Positions 7,665 to 15,527 of a stretch of 20,000 nucleotides of DNA are shown here, piece by piece. How positions within the stretch are numbered: the stretch's first letter is position 1; the number at the start of each line of letters is the position of its first letter. The notes beneath the pieces are model-generated. The model ran no database searches and had not been told where the DNA came from. It saw only the letters and a list, made by a program, of their open reading frames with translations. Location of the stretch: the IMG/VR virus record IMGVR_UViG_3300035670_000036; one strand, given 5' to 3'. This stretch comes from an uncultured virus (IMG/VR IMGVR_UViG_3300035670_000036). Taxonomy: Duplodnaviria; Heunggongvirae; Uroviricota; Caudoviricetes. The translations under genes were made by a program, and so were the position numbers.

Positions 7665-8154
7665 AGGTATTTTTTACATCGAGGGAGTTATAGGAAGCGA
7701 AGTATATGCTTCTTTATTTAGAAAAAATTTGTACGGAAAAGAGAATTATGATAAAACCATAATTTTTGATGAAATCATGCATAAAATAGATGGAGAGATA
7801 AGAATAGAGTCTTTAGTCTATCCAGGAAAAGATGCTAAGATAATTCAGCAAAATGAGTTTGACAAGAAAGGGATCTCAAAAATTGGACTTGTTTCAGATA
7901 AAATAGAAAATGTTTACTTCCTATATCCTCCTACGGGTTGGTATGATAGCGAAATACATTTAGATGAGCAGGGGGAAGTTGAACAAGTCATTTTTGATTT
8001 TAAGTATTTAGATTCAGAAGATCCGGACGATATAGATGATTTACTATTCTTTGATTCAAAGTACCTTCGTCTATTTATGGATAGTTCTCTAAAAGTAAAA
8101 GACTGTTATAAATTCACAAACTTAAATTTACTATGTTACAATCACCAGATTTAA
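7651..8154 (+). CDS. Hypothetical protein
   Basis: 167 aa ORF overlapping thyX stop. Confidence 0.75.
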   Translation: MKRSKGIFYIEGVIGSEVYASLFRKNLYGKENYDKTIIFDEIMHKIDGEIRIESLVYPGKDAKIIQQNEFDKKGISKIGLVSDKIENVYFLYPPTGWYDSEIHLDEQGEVEQVIFDFKYLDSEDPDDIDDLLFFDSKYLRLFMDSSLKVKDCYKFTNLNLLCYNHQI

Positions 8155-8426
8155 AAAGGGATTTACCTAAATTTATTATTGCTTCTACTTCTTACTTAGC
8201 ACAAGAAACATTTATATTTGAAGCAGAGGACATGGGAGGATTCCCTAAAATAGTAAAATCAGGCGGGCTAGAAGAATTAACCGGATTGGCGAAAAGGTGG
8301 GGGGATAAAAATTGGGAGTCGAAGGAAGATGCGGTAAATTTATATGCCTCGGGTTCTTATGTTCGTGTTAAAACAGAAGTGCCAAATTTTGATAGCGCTT
8401 ATTTGTATATGTTAAAAAATGATTAA
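8133..8426 (+). CDS. Hypothetical protein
   Basis: 97 aa ORF overlapping both neighbours. Confidence 0.7.
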   Translation: MLQSPDLKRDLPKFIIASTSYLAQETFIFEAEDMGGFPKIVKSGGLEELTGLAKRWGDKNWESKEDAVNLYASGSYVRVKTEVPNFDSAYLYMLKND

Positions 8427-8427
8427 A

Positions 8428-8862
8428 ATGAAAAGATTATTTGTTTTTGTGTTATTGTTATCTACTGTAAAGAGTTTTTCTCAGTATTTCAGTCTTAATA
8501 ATCCTGTTAGAAAATCAATTGACAGTATTGTATGTATTACGATTGAATACAAAAAAAGAGCTCCAGCTCCTTGTAGTATTGAAATGGATACTTATGAGGT
8601 ACCTATTTATATGATTAGAGTCGGCCTTTATGATAGGGCTATAAAGTCAGGTCCCGAAATCATTAAAATAAAGTTGGGGATACAGAATTATTACTATTAT
8701 GCACGTATGTATAATTCTTACAAGAAGGCTGCTATTGATTTAGAAAAATTAAAGAAGGCCGGATTTTGTGATGCGTTTATTGCAGCCGCTCCTTTTGATA
8801 TGCGAGGATTCTCGTTTTTTCCGGAAGGGGCGGGTTTTTCTAGTGAGATTATTTTTAAATAA
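8428..8862 (+). CDS. Secreted protein with SPOR-like peptidoglycan-binding domain
   Basis: Signal peptide MKRLFVFVLLLSTVKSFSQ (start 8428 or 8419); YMIRVG...YNSYKKAAIDLEKLKKAGFCDAFIAA resembles Bacteroidota SPOR-like domains. Confidence 0.65.
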   Translation: MKRLFVFVLLLSTVKSFSQYFSLNNPVRKSIDSIVCITIEYKKRAPAPCSIEMDTYEVPIYMIRVGLYDRAIKSGPEIIKIKLGIQNYYYYARMYNSYKKAAIDLEKLKKAGFCDAFIAAAPFDMRGFSFFPEGAGFSSEIIFK

Positions 8863-8866
8863 TACT

Positions 8867-8892
8867 AAGGCCTGCTTTTTAGCGGGCCTTTT
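8867..8892 (+). terminator. Intrinsic terminator hairpin
   Basis: AAGGCCTGCT-TTTT-AGCGGGCCTT stem (one G-U) ending in a short T run, just after stop at 8862. Confidence 0.7.
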
Positions 8893-8905
8893 CAATTTAA
8901 CTTTT

Positions 8906-9157
8906 ATGCAAACACCCCTAGAACAGATTTTATATTGGGCGGAGACAAAGAAAGATCAGTATAGTGCTTTGTCAGAGGTGTCTAATGATCCTTCCTTTCA
9001 CTTAGGTAGAATAGACGTAATGTTAGAATTAGTAGCTTTAATCTATAAAAAACTACCGGAAGAAAAAGAAATGATTGAAAATGCTTATGAAGACGGTAAA
9101 ACAGGAAATGGTAGAGGCAGCCACTACTATGAATCCCTATTTAATCAAGATTCTTAA
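8906..9157 (+). CDS. Phage hypothetical protein, 83 aa (start corrected to MQTPLEQ)
   Basis: ATG 8906 lies after the terminator; QTPLEQ...EKEMIENAYEDG...HYYESLF pattern recalled from Flavobacterium-like phage proteins. Confidence 0.75.
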   Translation: MQTPLEQILYWAETKKDQYSALSEVSNDPSFHLGRIDVMLELVALIYKKLPEEKEMIENAYEDGKTGNGRGSHYYESLFNQDS

Positions 9158-9506
9158 GCAAGTAAGTCGTTTGGTATATTAAACTTGCTATTTCGTCACA
9201 GGTATTCATCAAATAAGTATCTTTTGGGAGACTTTTAGTTTTACTTTCTACATATTTGCTTAGTAAATCAAAATATTTTATAATATCTTCGTCTGTTTTT
9301 ATATTATTGATGTTACCCGGAACTTTTATATCCTTTATTATTCCATATTTACCTTGATATGATTCTGCTAATGTATCAACTAAATCAAGAATGCTGTCAT
9401 AATAAGATTGCAGAGCTTTATGCTTAGCAAAAGAAGATGTTTGTAAATGGTAGATTCTTGTTTGGGTGCTAGAATGTAGTAAAAATCCGATGTATTCGTT
9501 TATCAT
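9141..9506 (-). CDS. DUF5856 family Dps/ferritin-like four-helix protein
   Basis: YHLQTSSFAKHKALQSYYD...DTLAESYQGKYG and NTCDEI...TTYLL. Confidence 0.8.
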   Translation of the reverse strand: MINEYIGFLLHSSTQTRIYHLQTSSFAKHKALQSYYDSILDLVDTLAESYQGKYGIIKDIKVPGNINNIKTDEDIIKYFDLLSKYVESKTKSLPKDTYLMNTCDEIASLIYQTTYLLKNLD

Positions 9507-9509
9507 AGC

Positions 9510-9523
9510 TTTTTATATAAATA
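9510..9523 (-). promoter_or_regulatory. Putative phage-specific (late) promoter motif TATTTATATAAAAA
   Basis: On coding strand; core ends 9 nt before ATG 9506. Confidence 0.6.
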
Positions 9524-9542
9524 TTCTGTTTTATTATAAAAA

Positions 9543-10118
9543 TTAACTTCTCAAATAAAAATCTAACAACCTAACCAATACTTCTTCGTAATCTACACAT
9601 GCTTCTTTATCCATTATACTGTTCATTGAATCTACTGTAGTATCATAATCATCGGCATCAAAGTTTATTTTTAGCGTTTTTAACTTATGTACGACCATGG
9701 CATCCGGATCTTTTTCTTTAAACATGGAGTCTATGAACTTTCTATTAAAACCTAGCAAGTCGATATCCATTTCACTTTTTAGGATAATATCGAACTCTTC
9801 CTTTAGCATATCGTAATCCCATTCTCCAGAAAGCGCTATCTTATTGTCTGCTATGATGAAAGCTCTTTTTTTATCATCAGTAAGGTGAGTAAGCCGTATT
9901 GTAGGAACTTCTTCAAGATTTAAATGTTTAGCTGCCATAAATCTTCCATGTCCAGCTATAATCTCATTTTCCTCATCTATAATAATCGGATTAACAAAGC
10001 CAAACTCTTCTATACTATTGGCAATTTTCTCTACTTGAGCTTCACTATGTATTCTCGAGTTATAATTTGATTCTTTTATTTCCTCAATGTCAACAATTTC
10101 TATATTTAATTTACTCAT
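9543..10118 (-). CDS. ParB/Srx N-terminal domain protein (copy 2)
   Basis: NSRIHSEAQVEKIANSIEEFGFVNPIIIDEENEIIAGHGRFMAA...ADNK; likely start MSKLNIE at 10118 (ATGAGTAA overlap with upstream stop). Confidence 0.88.
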   Translation of the reverse strand: MSKLNIEIVDIEEIKESNYNSRIHSEAQVEKIANSIEEFGFVNPIIIDEENEIIAGHGRFMAAKHLNLEEVPTIRLTHLTDDKKRAFIIADNKIALSGEWDYDMLKEEFDIILKSEMDIDLLGFNRKFIDSMFKEKDPDAMVVHKLKTLKINFDADDYDTTVDSMNSIMDKEACVDYEEVLVRLLDFYLRS

Positions 10119-10725
10119 GATGTCTTTCATTATAGTGTTCAATCAATAATCTTATAACTTCTGCGTTAGCTTTTATATCGTTCTCATTCATTACCGTCTT
10201 GAATTTCTTCATCATGTTTGTATAATCTTCTATGTTATATGAGAAGACAATGCTTTTTTTATTTTTAGATGCAGGAGAAGATTCAGATTTAGTTGCAGAT
10301 AAGATGTCATCATCATTTTGAAAAGATTCATTTAACATTTCAAAATCCTCATAATCAAATCCCATGGCCATTGCATCTATGTCGACAGAATTAAGATATT
10401 CTAATTCATCGCTTAATTTTGTATAATCCCATTCCCCTAATTCTGTTAGCTTGTTATCCGCTATGGAGTAGGCTCTTATTTGATCATCTGTTAAATTTTC
10501 GATGCGGATAGATGGAATAGAATCTATATGTAATGCTTTAGCTGCCAGGAATCGAGCATGTCCAGCAATAATCATGTTTTTCTTATCAATCAGGATAGGA
10601 ATGTTAAATCCGAACTCTGTGATGCTCTTCATTAATTTTGCTATCTGTTCATCCGGATGTATCTTACTGTTTCTTGGATTCTCTGATAACCTATTTACAT
10701 CTATATATTCAATCTTATTCTTCAT
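10111..10725 (-). CDS. ParB/Srx N-terminal domain protein (copy 1)
   Basis: NPRNSKIHPDEQIAKLMKSITEFGFNIPILIDKKNMIIAGHARFLAA...ADNKLTELGEWD. Confidence 0.9.
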   Translation of the reverse strand: MKNKIEYIDVNRLSENPRNSKIHPDEQIAKLMKSITEFGFNIPILIDKKNMIIAGHARFLAAKALHIDSIPSIRIENLTDDQIRAYSIADNKLTELGEWDYTKLSDELEYLNSVDIDAMAMGFDYEDFEMLNESFQNDDDILSATKSESSPASKNKKSIVFSYNIEDYTNMMKKFKTVMNENDIKANAEVIRLLIEHYNERHHE

Positions 10726-11032
10726 CTTTTAATGTTTGGGCTCTCCGTTGTCTATATATTTCTTTATCTTTTCTTTCTTCATATTTTTTTAAAGCTCTTA
10801 TGTTTCCACTTTTAGCTTCTTCAAATAGTTTCATGTCTATGACGTAGTCTGCTTTATCTATTCCTTTCTTGTATGCTCTATATACTTCACTGTTCTTATT
10901 GTAAAATTCATCTGTAAATGATTTCATATCAGATGTAGGAATATCTAATACATTCATTATTTTTTCTAATGAGTATCCTAATGTTCCTACGCCTACTATT
11001 CTTCTTAGAAAGTCTTCATCATTAAAATTCAT
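10715..11032 (-). CDS. Terminase-small-subunit-like HTH protein (tentative)
   Basis: GYSLEKIMNVLDI HTH-like segment, then AYKKGIDKADYVIDMKLFEEAKSGNIRA resembling the TerS oligomerisation helices; adjacent to ParB genes. Confidence 0.5.
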   Translation of the reverse strand: MNFNDEDFLRRIVGVGTLGYSLEKIMNVLDIPTSDMKSFTDEFYNKNSEVYRAYKKGIDKADYVIDMKLFEEAKSGNIRALKKYEERKDKEIYRQRRAQTLKDEE

Positions 11033-11553
11033 GTTTCTGGGTTTATGGATTGGTTTCTTAAATCTTTGTTCTTTACTCTTTCTTTATACGCTTTTTTCAT
11101 TTTCATTGATTCATTCTTTGATTCTTCCCATTGTGCTCCTAGTATCTGATGCATCCATTTCCAATAATCCCCGCCCTTTTTTTTGACTAGCCATTTCTCA
11201 TACTCCGGCCTCCTCAATACATCCTCTTTCCTACATTCCTTGATAAAGACATCATAAATAAATGCTTCATCTTTTTTCATTTTTTCATGTCTTCCGAATG
11301 GGAAATAATAATACATGGCATCAATTAGAAAATAAATTCTATCTGCGGAAGATATGTCATTAAATGTTTTAGAATCTACGACAAATGCAAACAATCCTTT
11401 AATAGCATTTAGATGTAGTTTATCCCTGCGACGAATTAACCTATCACTATAATCAGCACCTTCTTCTGCTATAATCTGCAAGTATTTATGAAAGTTATCT
11501 AAATCTTTTCGTAAATATCTTCTCAAATAATCGGTAATGATAATACCACTCAT
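11029..11553 (-). CDS. Hypothetical protein
   Basis: 174 aa; ATGA overlap with downstream gene. Confidence 0.75.
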   Translation of the reverse strand: MSGIIITDYLRRYLRKDLDNFHKYLQIIAEEGADYSDRLIRRRDKLHLNAIKGLFAFVVDSKTFNDISSADRIYFLIDAMYYYFPFGRHEKMKKDEAFIYDVFIKECRKEDVLRRPEYEKWLVKKKGGDYWKWMHQILGAQWEESKNESMKMKKAYKERVKNKDLRNQSINPET

Positions 11554-11559
11554 GTAAAA

Positions 11560-11946
11560 CTATTTTTTAAATCCTCTGAAAAAACTTAGTGTAGCGTCTT
11601 TTAATTTCTGTAATATGGATTTCTCTCCCTTGTAAAAGTTTTCCTGAATCATTCTTGGATTAGTTTTGATAACTTTATCCGGATCTATTTTAACATTACA
11701 TGAATTTTGTCTTTCATATTTAATTGCTTGAACTATCCTTGATACACTGTCGGTAACTATAACTCGGTCTCCTTGCGAAGTATTTAGATTGAGTTTATAC
11801 ACGTGCTCTGAAGGGATTGTAGTTCTAAATCCCGAAGCGTCCTCTCTTGTCTTATTTACAGGAGATGCTTTCTTTTTATTTTTAACTTCTTGATCCGTCT
11901 TTACTTCTTTTTGCGAATCTATCTCTGTTTTCCTAGGTCTGCCCAT
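11560..11946 (-). CDS. Basic hypothetical protein with N-terminal AT-hook-like motif
   Basis: Begins MGRPRK; lysine-rich. Confidence 0.7.
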   Translation of the reverse strand: MGRPRKTEIDSQKEVKTDQEVKNKKKASPVNKTREDASGFRTTIPSEHVYKLNLNTSQGDRVIVTDSVSRIVQAIKYERQNSCNVKIDPDKVIKTNPRMIQENFYKGEKSILQKLKDATLSFFRGFKK

Positions 11947-11956
11947 AATTACAGCG

Positions 11957-11970
11957 TTTTATTATAAATA
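11957..11970 (-). promoter_or_regulatory. Putative phage-specific (late) promoter motif TATTTATAATAAAA
   Basis: On coding strand; core ends 16 nt before ATG 11946. Confidence 0.6.
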
Positions 11971-12012
11971 GTGTTATTTTGCTATAAACTTACTTTTTTA
12001 TATAATTACACA

Positions 12013-12690
12013 TTAATAACGATTATTTGTTATCGATTTTATGTTGTAATATAATTCTAAGTCTTCATTTGCTAAACATTTAATTAATCTCCTAGCTCCT
12101 TCACTATGACTTAATTTATGAGAATCAGATGTATTCAATCTCTTTATTTCGGTAAATGGTATATTTAATTTATTGCATACATCCTTGAAGTCCTCATCTA
12201 AAAATTCTGTACGTCCTATAAAATTAATGGGCTTATCTATCCATGATATTTGCGTTACATGATTATCCATTTTACTATCATTTATAGCAGGATAGAACCA
12301 AAAATCATTAAGCAATTGGATTATCATTATGTGCTTTTCGTGCAACGTTCCATTTACAGGTTCCGGCAAAGTATTAGAATCTGTCAAAATCAAACCTAAA
12401 CTTTTTTTTGCTAGTTCACTATCTTTATCCCATGAATAATTCAAAAGATCCGAGTAGTAGGATTTGTACCACTGATAAGGTTCTCGTATGAAGGTGAATT
12501 TATAATAAGAGTTCCATACTGTGTGACCATGTTCTTCTAATAACTGCGAACATGTATCGTGTCCATACGGAGGTTTATCCCCTGATGAGATACAGTCCGG
12601 GTCGACTTCTTTTAAATAGGTCTCTACACTAGTTGAACCAGTTTTGGGAATTCTTATGAAAATACATTTATATTTATGAGATATAATCAT
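12013..12690 (-). CDS. Sulfotransferase family 2 protein
   Basis: MIISHKYKCIFIRIPKTGSTS (5'-PAPS-binding loop) and FIREPYQWYKSYY (3'-phosphate-binding motif); likely start ATG 12690. Confidence 0.85.
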   Translation of the reverse strand: MIISHKYKCIFIRIPKTGSTSVETYLKEVDPDCISSGDKPPYGHDTCSQLLEEHGHTVWNSYYKFTFIREPYQWYKSYYSDLLNYSWDKDSELAKKSLGLILTDSNTLPEPVNGTLHEKHIMIIQLLNDFWFYPAINDSKMDNHVTQISWIDKPINFIGRTEFLDEDFKDVCNKLNIPFTEIKRLNTSDSHKLSHSEGARRLIKCLANEDLELYYNIKSITNNRY

Positions 12691-12737
12691 GACATACAGA
12701 GCTATAAACAATTATTTAACGTAAAAATTAAAAAATA

Positions 12738-12769
12738 GTTGCGTAAGTGAATTGTTTTTACTATATTTG
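12738..12769 (+). promoter_or_regulatory. Bacteroidota-type sigma70 promoter for YopX gene
   Basis: GTTG 12738-12741, 20 nt spacer, TATATTTG 12762-12769. Confidence 0.72.
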
Positions 12770-12802
12770 CGCTTATTATTTATTTTTAAACATGAACATA
12801 CT

Positions 12803-13381
12803 ATGGAGACTATTTTTAGACTGAGGTTTAGAGCAGAAAAAAGTTTTGTGGAATTAAAGAAAGGTGAAATTATTGAAGTATTTGAAAACATATTCGATAC
12901 AGACAATAAGGACTTGGGCTATGTTTATGCTGGTACACCTAGAGGATTTTCTCTTGAGTCCTGTGATGCATGGACGGGCTTTAGAGACTCTCTGGGAAAT
13001 CGGATCTATGAAAATGATAACATACTCAGTAGATACCTTGGAGACGATTACAAGTTATATATGAGGCTAGAAAGGGTAAGGTGGAATCCGGTCACTTTAC
13101 AATTTTTCTGCGGGGACTACCCATTATATAGATATCAAGAAATCAAAAGATTAAATATCATTAGTAACATAACAAAAGATAAACTAAATGAGATACAAAA
13201 AATAATAGGGCATAATTTCTCCAATGAAGATTTAACTAATTTAATATGCCCTTTTGAAGTCATGGGAAATATTTATGACCAGTCAAAAGATATAGACGGT
13301 AAAGAAGATAACTTCTACCTACCGCCAAGTAAAAAGATTAGAAATCCAAAAAAATCAGAGACGTATGATCCGGTTGTTTAA
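12803..13381 (+). CDS. YopX family phage protein
   Basis: LRFRA...WTGFRDSLGNRIYENDNI...FEVMGNIYD; start set to ATG 12803, downstream of the promoter. Confidence 0.8.
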   Translation: METIFRLRFRAEKSFVELKKGEIIEVFENIFDTDNKDLGYVYAGTPRGFSLESCDAWTGFRDSLGNRIYENDNILSRYLGDDYKLYMRLERVRWNPVTLQFFCGDYPLYRYQEIKRLNIISNITKDKLNEIQKIIGHNFSNEDLTNLICPFEVMGNIYDQSKDIDGKEDNFYLPPSKKIRNPKKSETYDPVV

Positions 13382-14262
13382 ATGCTTCTTATCATATCAA
13401 TTATCTCATCCTGCGGGAAAATATCCCATTTGCCGGACATGATAACGTTTGTATGAGAGAATACACCCTTTACAAGACCTTTCTTTACATCATCCTTGTA
13501 ATCTAATGCAACAAATGGGTCTTGTGAATTAAAGTAAGTGTGTAATCCTCCTTTTAAATCTATAGAGTGGTCATTAGATATTTTTATAAGTAATTTTTTC
13601 AATGCAGATATTTGATTGTCAGAATACCTATGGAAATGTCTAAACCCTCTAAAGTCTTTTTTCAATGTTACTACTTGACTAGGATGTACTTCTCTTTTTG
13701 TGTAGGTATAAAATTTAGTACCTTCTTTTGTTAAATATCCGAAGTTGCAAAGTTCTATACCCACGGATCTTAAGTGCATGTAAGTAGCTCCGATTCCTAA
13801 ATGATATGCGTAGTATTCTTTAGGAAAGGCCTCCACTATTACGCCGTCGTATTTATGTGAAACATCTGTAACATTCTGCCCACCGATAACATATTGAGTT
13901 CCTATCCTACCTCTAGTATCCGTAGCCCATCCGTTAATAACATTATACGGATTATCCCAACCTGCTGTGTGATGTAGGAATATATACTCTTTTTTTGTTT
14001 CTGTCTTTATATACTCTTTGTCAGGCATGTGTCTCCGGTCAATAACTAAATCTCCAGATACTTCTACTCTACTTAAAAAATCGGTAGTTAGCTCTCCTTC
14101 AAAAATAAGATTAACCGTATAATTATCTAATTTTCCGTCGGGGTAAATTTCATTATTTCTTTGAATGTTCTTTACCGCAGCTTCTGTCAAAGGATCATAT
14201 TGTCCAGTTTTACTAAATCCAAAATACTCTTGAATTCTTTTTATTAAATCCATGTCTTGCAT
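13378..14262 (-). CDS. Endolysin: peptidoglycan-binding domain plus N-acetylmuramoyl-L-alanine amidase (Amidase_2)
   Basis: TGQYDPLTEAAVKNIQ...PDGKL (PG_binding_1-like); IFLHHTAG, AYHLG, SVGIELCN, FSHTNV...KWD; start ATG 14262 or 14253. Confidence 0.88.
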   Translation of the reverse strand: MQDMDLIKRIQEYFGFSKTGQYDPLTEAAVKNIQRNNEIYPDGKLDNYTVNLIFEGELTTDFLSRVEVSGDLVIDRRHMPDKEYIKTETKKEYIFLHHTAGWDNPYNVINGWATDTRGRIGTQYVIGGQNVTDVSHKYDGVIVEAFPKEYYAYHLGIGATYMHLRSVGIELCNFGYLTKEGTKFYTYTKREVHPSQVVTLKKDFRGFRHFHRYSDNQISALKKLLIKISNDHSIDLKGGLHTYFNSQDPFVALDYKDDVKKGLVKGVFSHTNVIMSGKWDIFPQDEIIDMIRSI

Positions 14263-14303
14263 TTTATTACATTGTTTTAATCCCAAAAAATAGATACAAC
14301 ATC

Positions 14304-14837
14304 TTATCTCTTTCCTATCGACATGGCAGCACCAACTAATCTGCCAATACCTCCAACTTTTCCACTCTTAGGTTTTCTACTATAAAATCCTTCATCTGTC
14401 TTCTTAAATGCATTAGGATCATTCTCTAATTCATTTGACATGTATTGACATAAGGTTGTCATGTAATCGTGAGCTTTAGTTATTTTAGATTCAACCCATT
14501 CCGGTAAATCATCTCTTTCATTTATCATCTTGTGAATCTCTAAAGCATATTTCATAATGTCTTTAGCTTGATTTTTTGCCATGCTACCTTCTTCTGCATT
14601 TTCTGCATCATTAGGTTTTACATCCGGCATTACATTTTCTTTTTTCATCTTTAATAATTCTCTTAGTTCTTCAATATCCTCTTTTGTCAATTTAGTATAT
14701 TTGTCAATTTCCTTATCTGACATGTCTTTAGCTGCATCTTCTACATTCTTTCCTACATCTGCTGCGGACATTTTCTTATCTTTGTAGGCTTTCACTATCT
14801 GAAAGAATTTTTGCTGTTTTTCTGATTTTGATGGCAT
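14304..14837 (-). CDS. Phage protein with DUF3008-like N-terminus and LPEWVxSKIT domain
   Basis: MPSKSEKQQKFF...MSDKEIDKY; EGSMAKNQ...DDLPEWVESKITKAHDYM, recalled from large aquatic phage proteins. Confidence 0.65.
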   Translation of the reverse strand: MPSKSEKQQKFFQIVKAYKDKKMSAADVGKNVEDAAKDMSDKEIDKYTKLTKEDIEELRELLKMKKENVMPDVKPNDAENAEEGSMAKNQAKDIMKYALEIHKMINERDDLPEWVESKITKAHDYMTTLCQYMSNELENDPNAFKKTDEGFYSRKPKSGKVGGIGRLVGAAMSIGKR

Positions 14838-14846
14838 ATTATTGGC

Positions 14847-14859
14847 TTTTATATAAATA
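14847..14859 (-). promoter_or_regulatory. Putative phage-specific (late) promoter motif TATTTATATAAAA
   Basis: On coding strand; core ends 14 nt before ATG 14837. Confidence 0.6.
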
Positions 14860-14861
14860 GC

Positions 14862-15527
14862 TTAGTTATTATATTTCTCCATGTATATTTTAGTATCATT
14901 ATCCAGGATGCTATTAAATGTCGATGATGATAGTGTCTGTGAGAATGGTGATGCTTTTATGTTTTTGAATGTATAGACTTTTCCTCCATTTTCTAGTACA
15001 TGTTTTGTTAGGTAGTCATCTCCAAACCATATCTTTAATTCATTTGGGATATCTGTCCATGTATATCTATGTAATATGAAGAAGCATCCCCACCCGGTTC
15101 CTCTACCTTCATTGTCTGTTAAGTATATTTTATTGGATGTTGGTTCTTCTATATAACATGATGTTGATATACCATAGATACTAGTATATATGTCTTTATT
15201 ATCTTGATGTGTTTTTATTATGTTCTTTAATGTTTTTTTAGATGTTATATGGAAGTCATCATTTACTATCATTAAGTGTTTCCCTTGGGCTTCTAATGCG
15301 CCTAAGTTCCATGCCGGATTTACATATATATTTTCATCTTGTGGATAGTATTTTATTTTAGGACTTAGATTTAGAATGTTAGATTTTATTGTTTGTTTGA
15401 ATGTTATGTCATTGTCTATTAATATGATCTCTTTTATTTGAGGTTCCCCGCAGAAAATTAGCATGGTCTTATAAAAGTTTTCTAAATTGCATTTCCATAA
15501 TGTAGGAATGATTACGCTATATGTCAT
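14862..15527 (-). CDS. Glycosyltransferase, GT2-like (GT-A fold)
   Basis: YSVIIPTLW, EIILIDND, NIYVNPAWNLG, IVNDD, IWFGDDY. Confidence 0.88.
   Translation of the reverse strand: MTYSVIIPTLWKCNLENFYKTMLIFCGEPQIKEIILIDNDITFKQTIKSNILNLSPKIKYYPQDENIYVNPAWNLGALEAQGKHLMIVNDDFHITSKKTLKNIIKTHQDNKDIYTSIYGISTSCYIEEPTSNKIYLTDNEGRGTGWGCFFILHRYTWTDIPNELKIWFGDDYLTKHVLENGGKVYTFKNIKASPFSQTLSSSTFNSILDNDTKIYMEKYNN

Noticed and set aside
8768..8905. N-terminal extension of ORF 8768-9157
   Set aside because: Overlaps the SPOR-like gene and runs through a terminator; ATG 8906 is the better start
9516..9523. Canonical T4 late promoter TATAAATA acting on the + strand
   Set aside because: At 9516, 11963 and 14852 it would point away from the adjacent start codon into antisense sequence; the reverse-strand reading fits the gene starts
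9543..10725. Classical ParABS partition system or ParB-methylase fusion
   Set aside because: No ParA Walker ATPase, no central HTH, no parS-like repeats and no DPPY/FxGxG methylase motifs in the window
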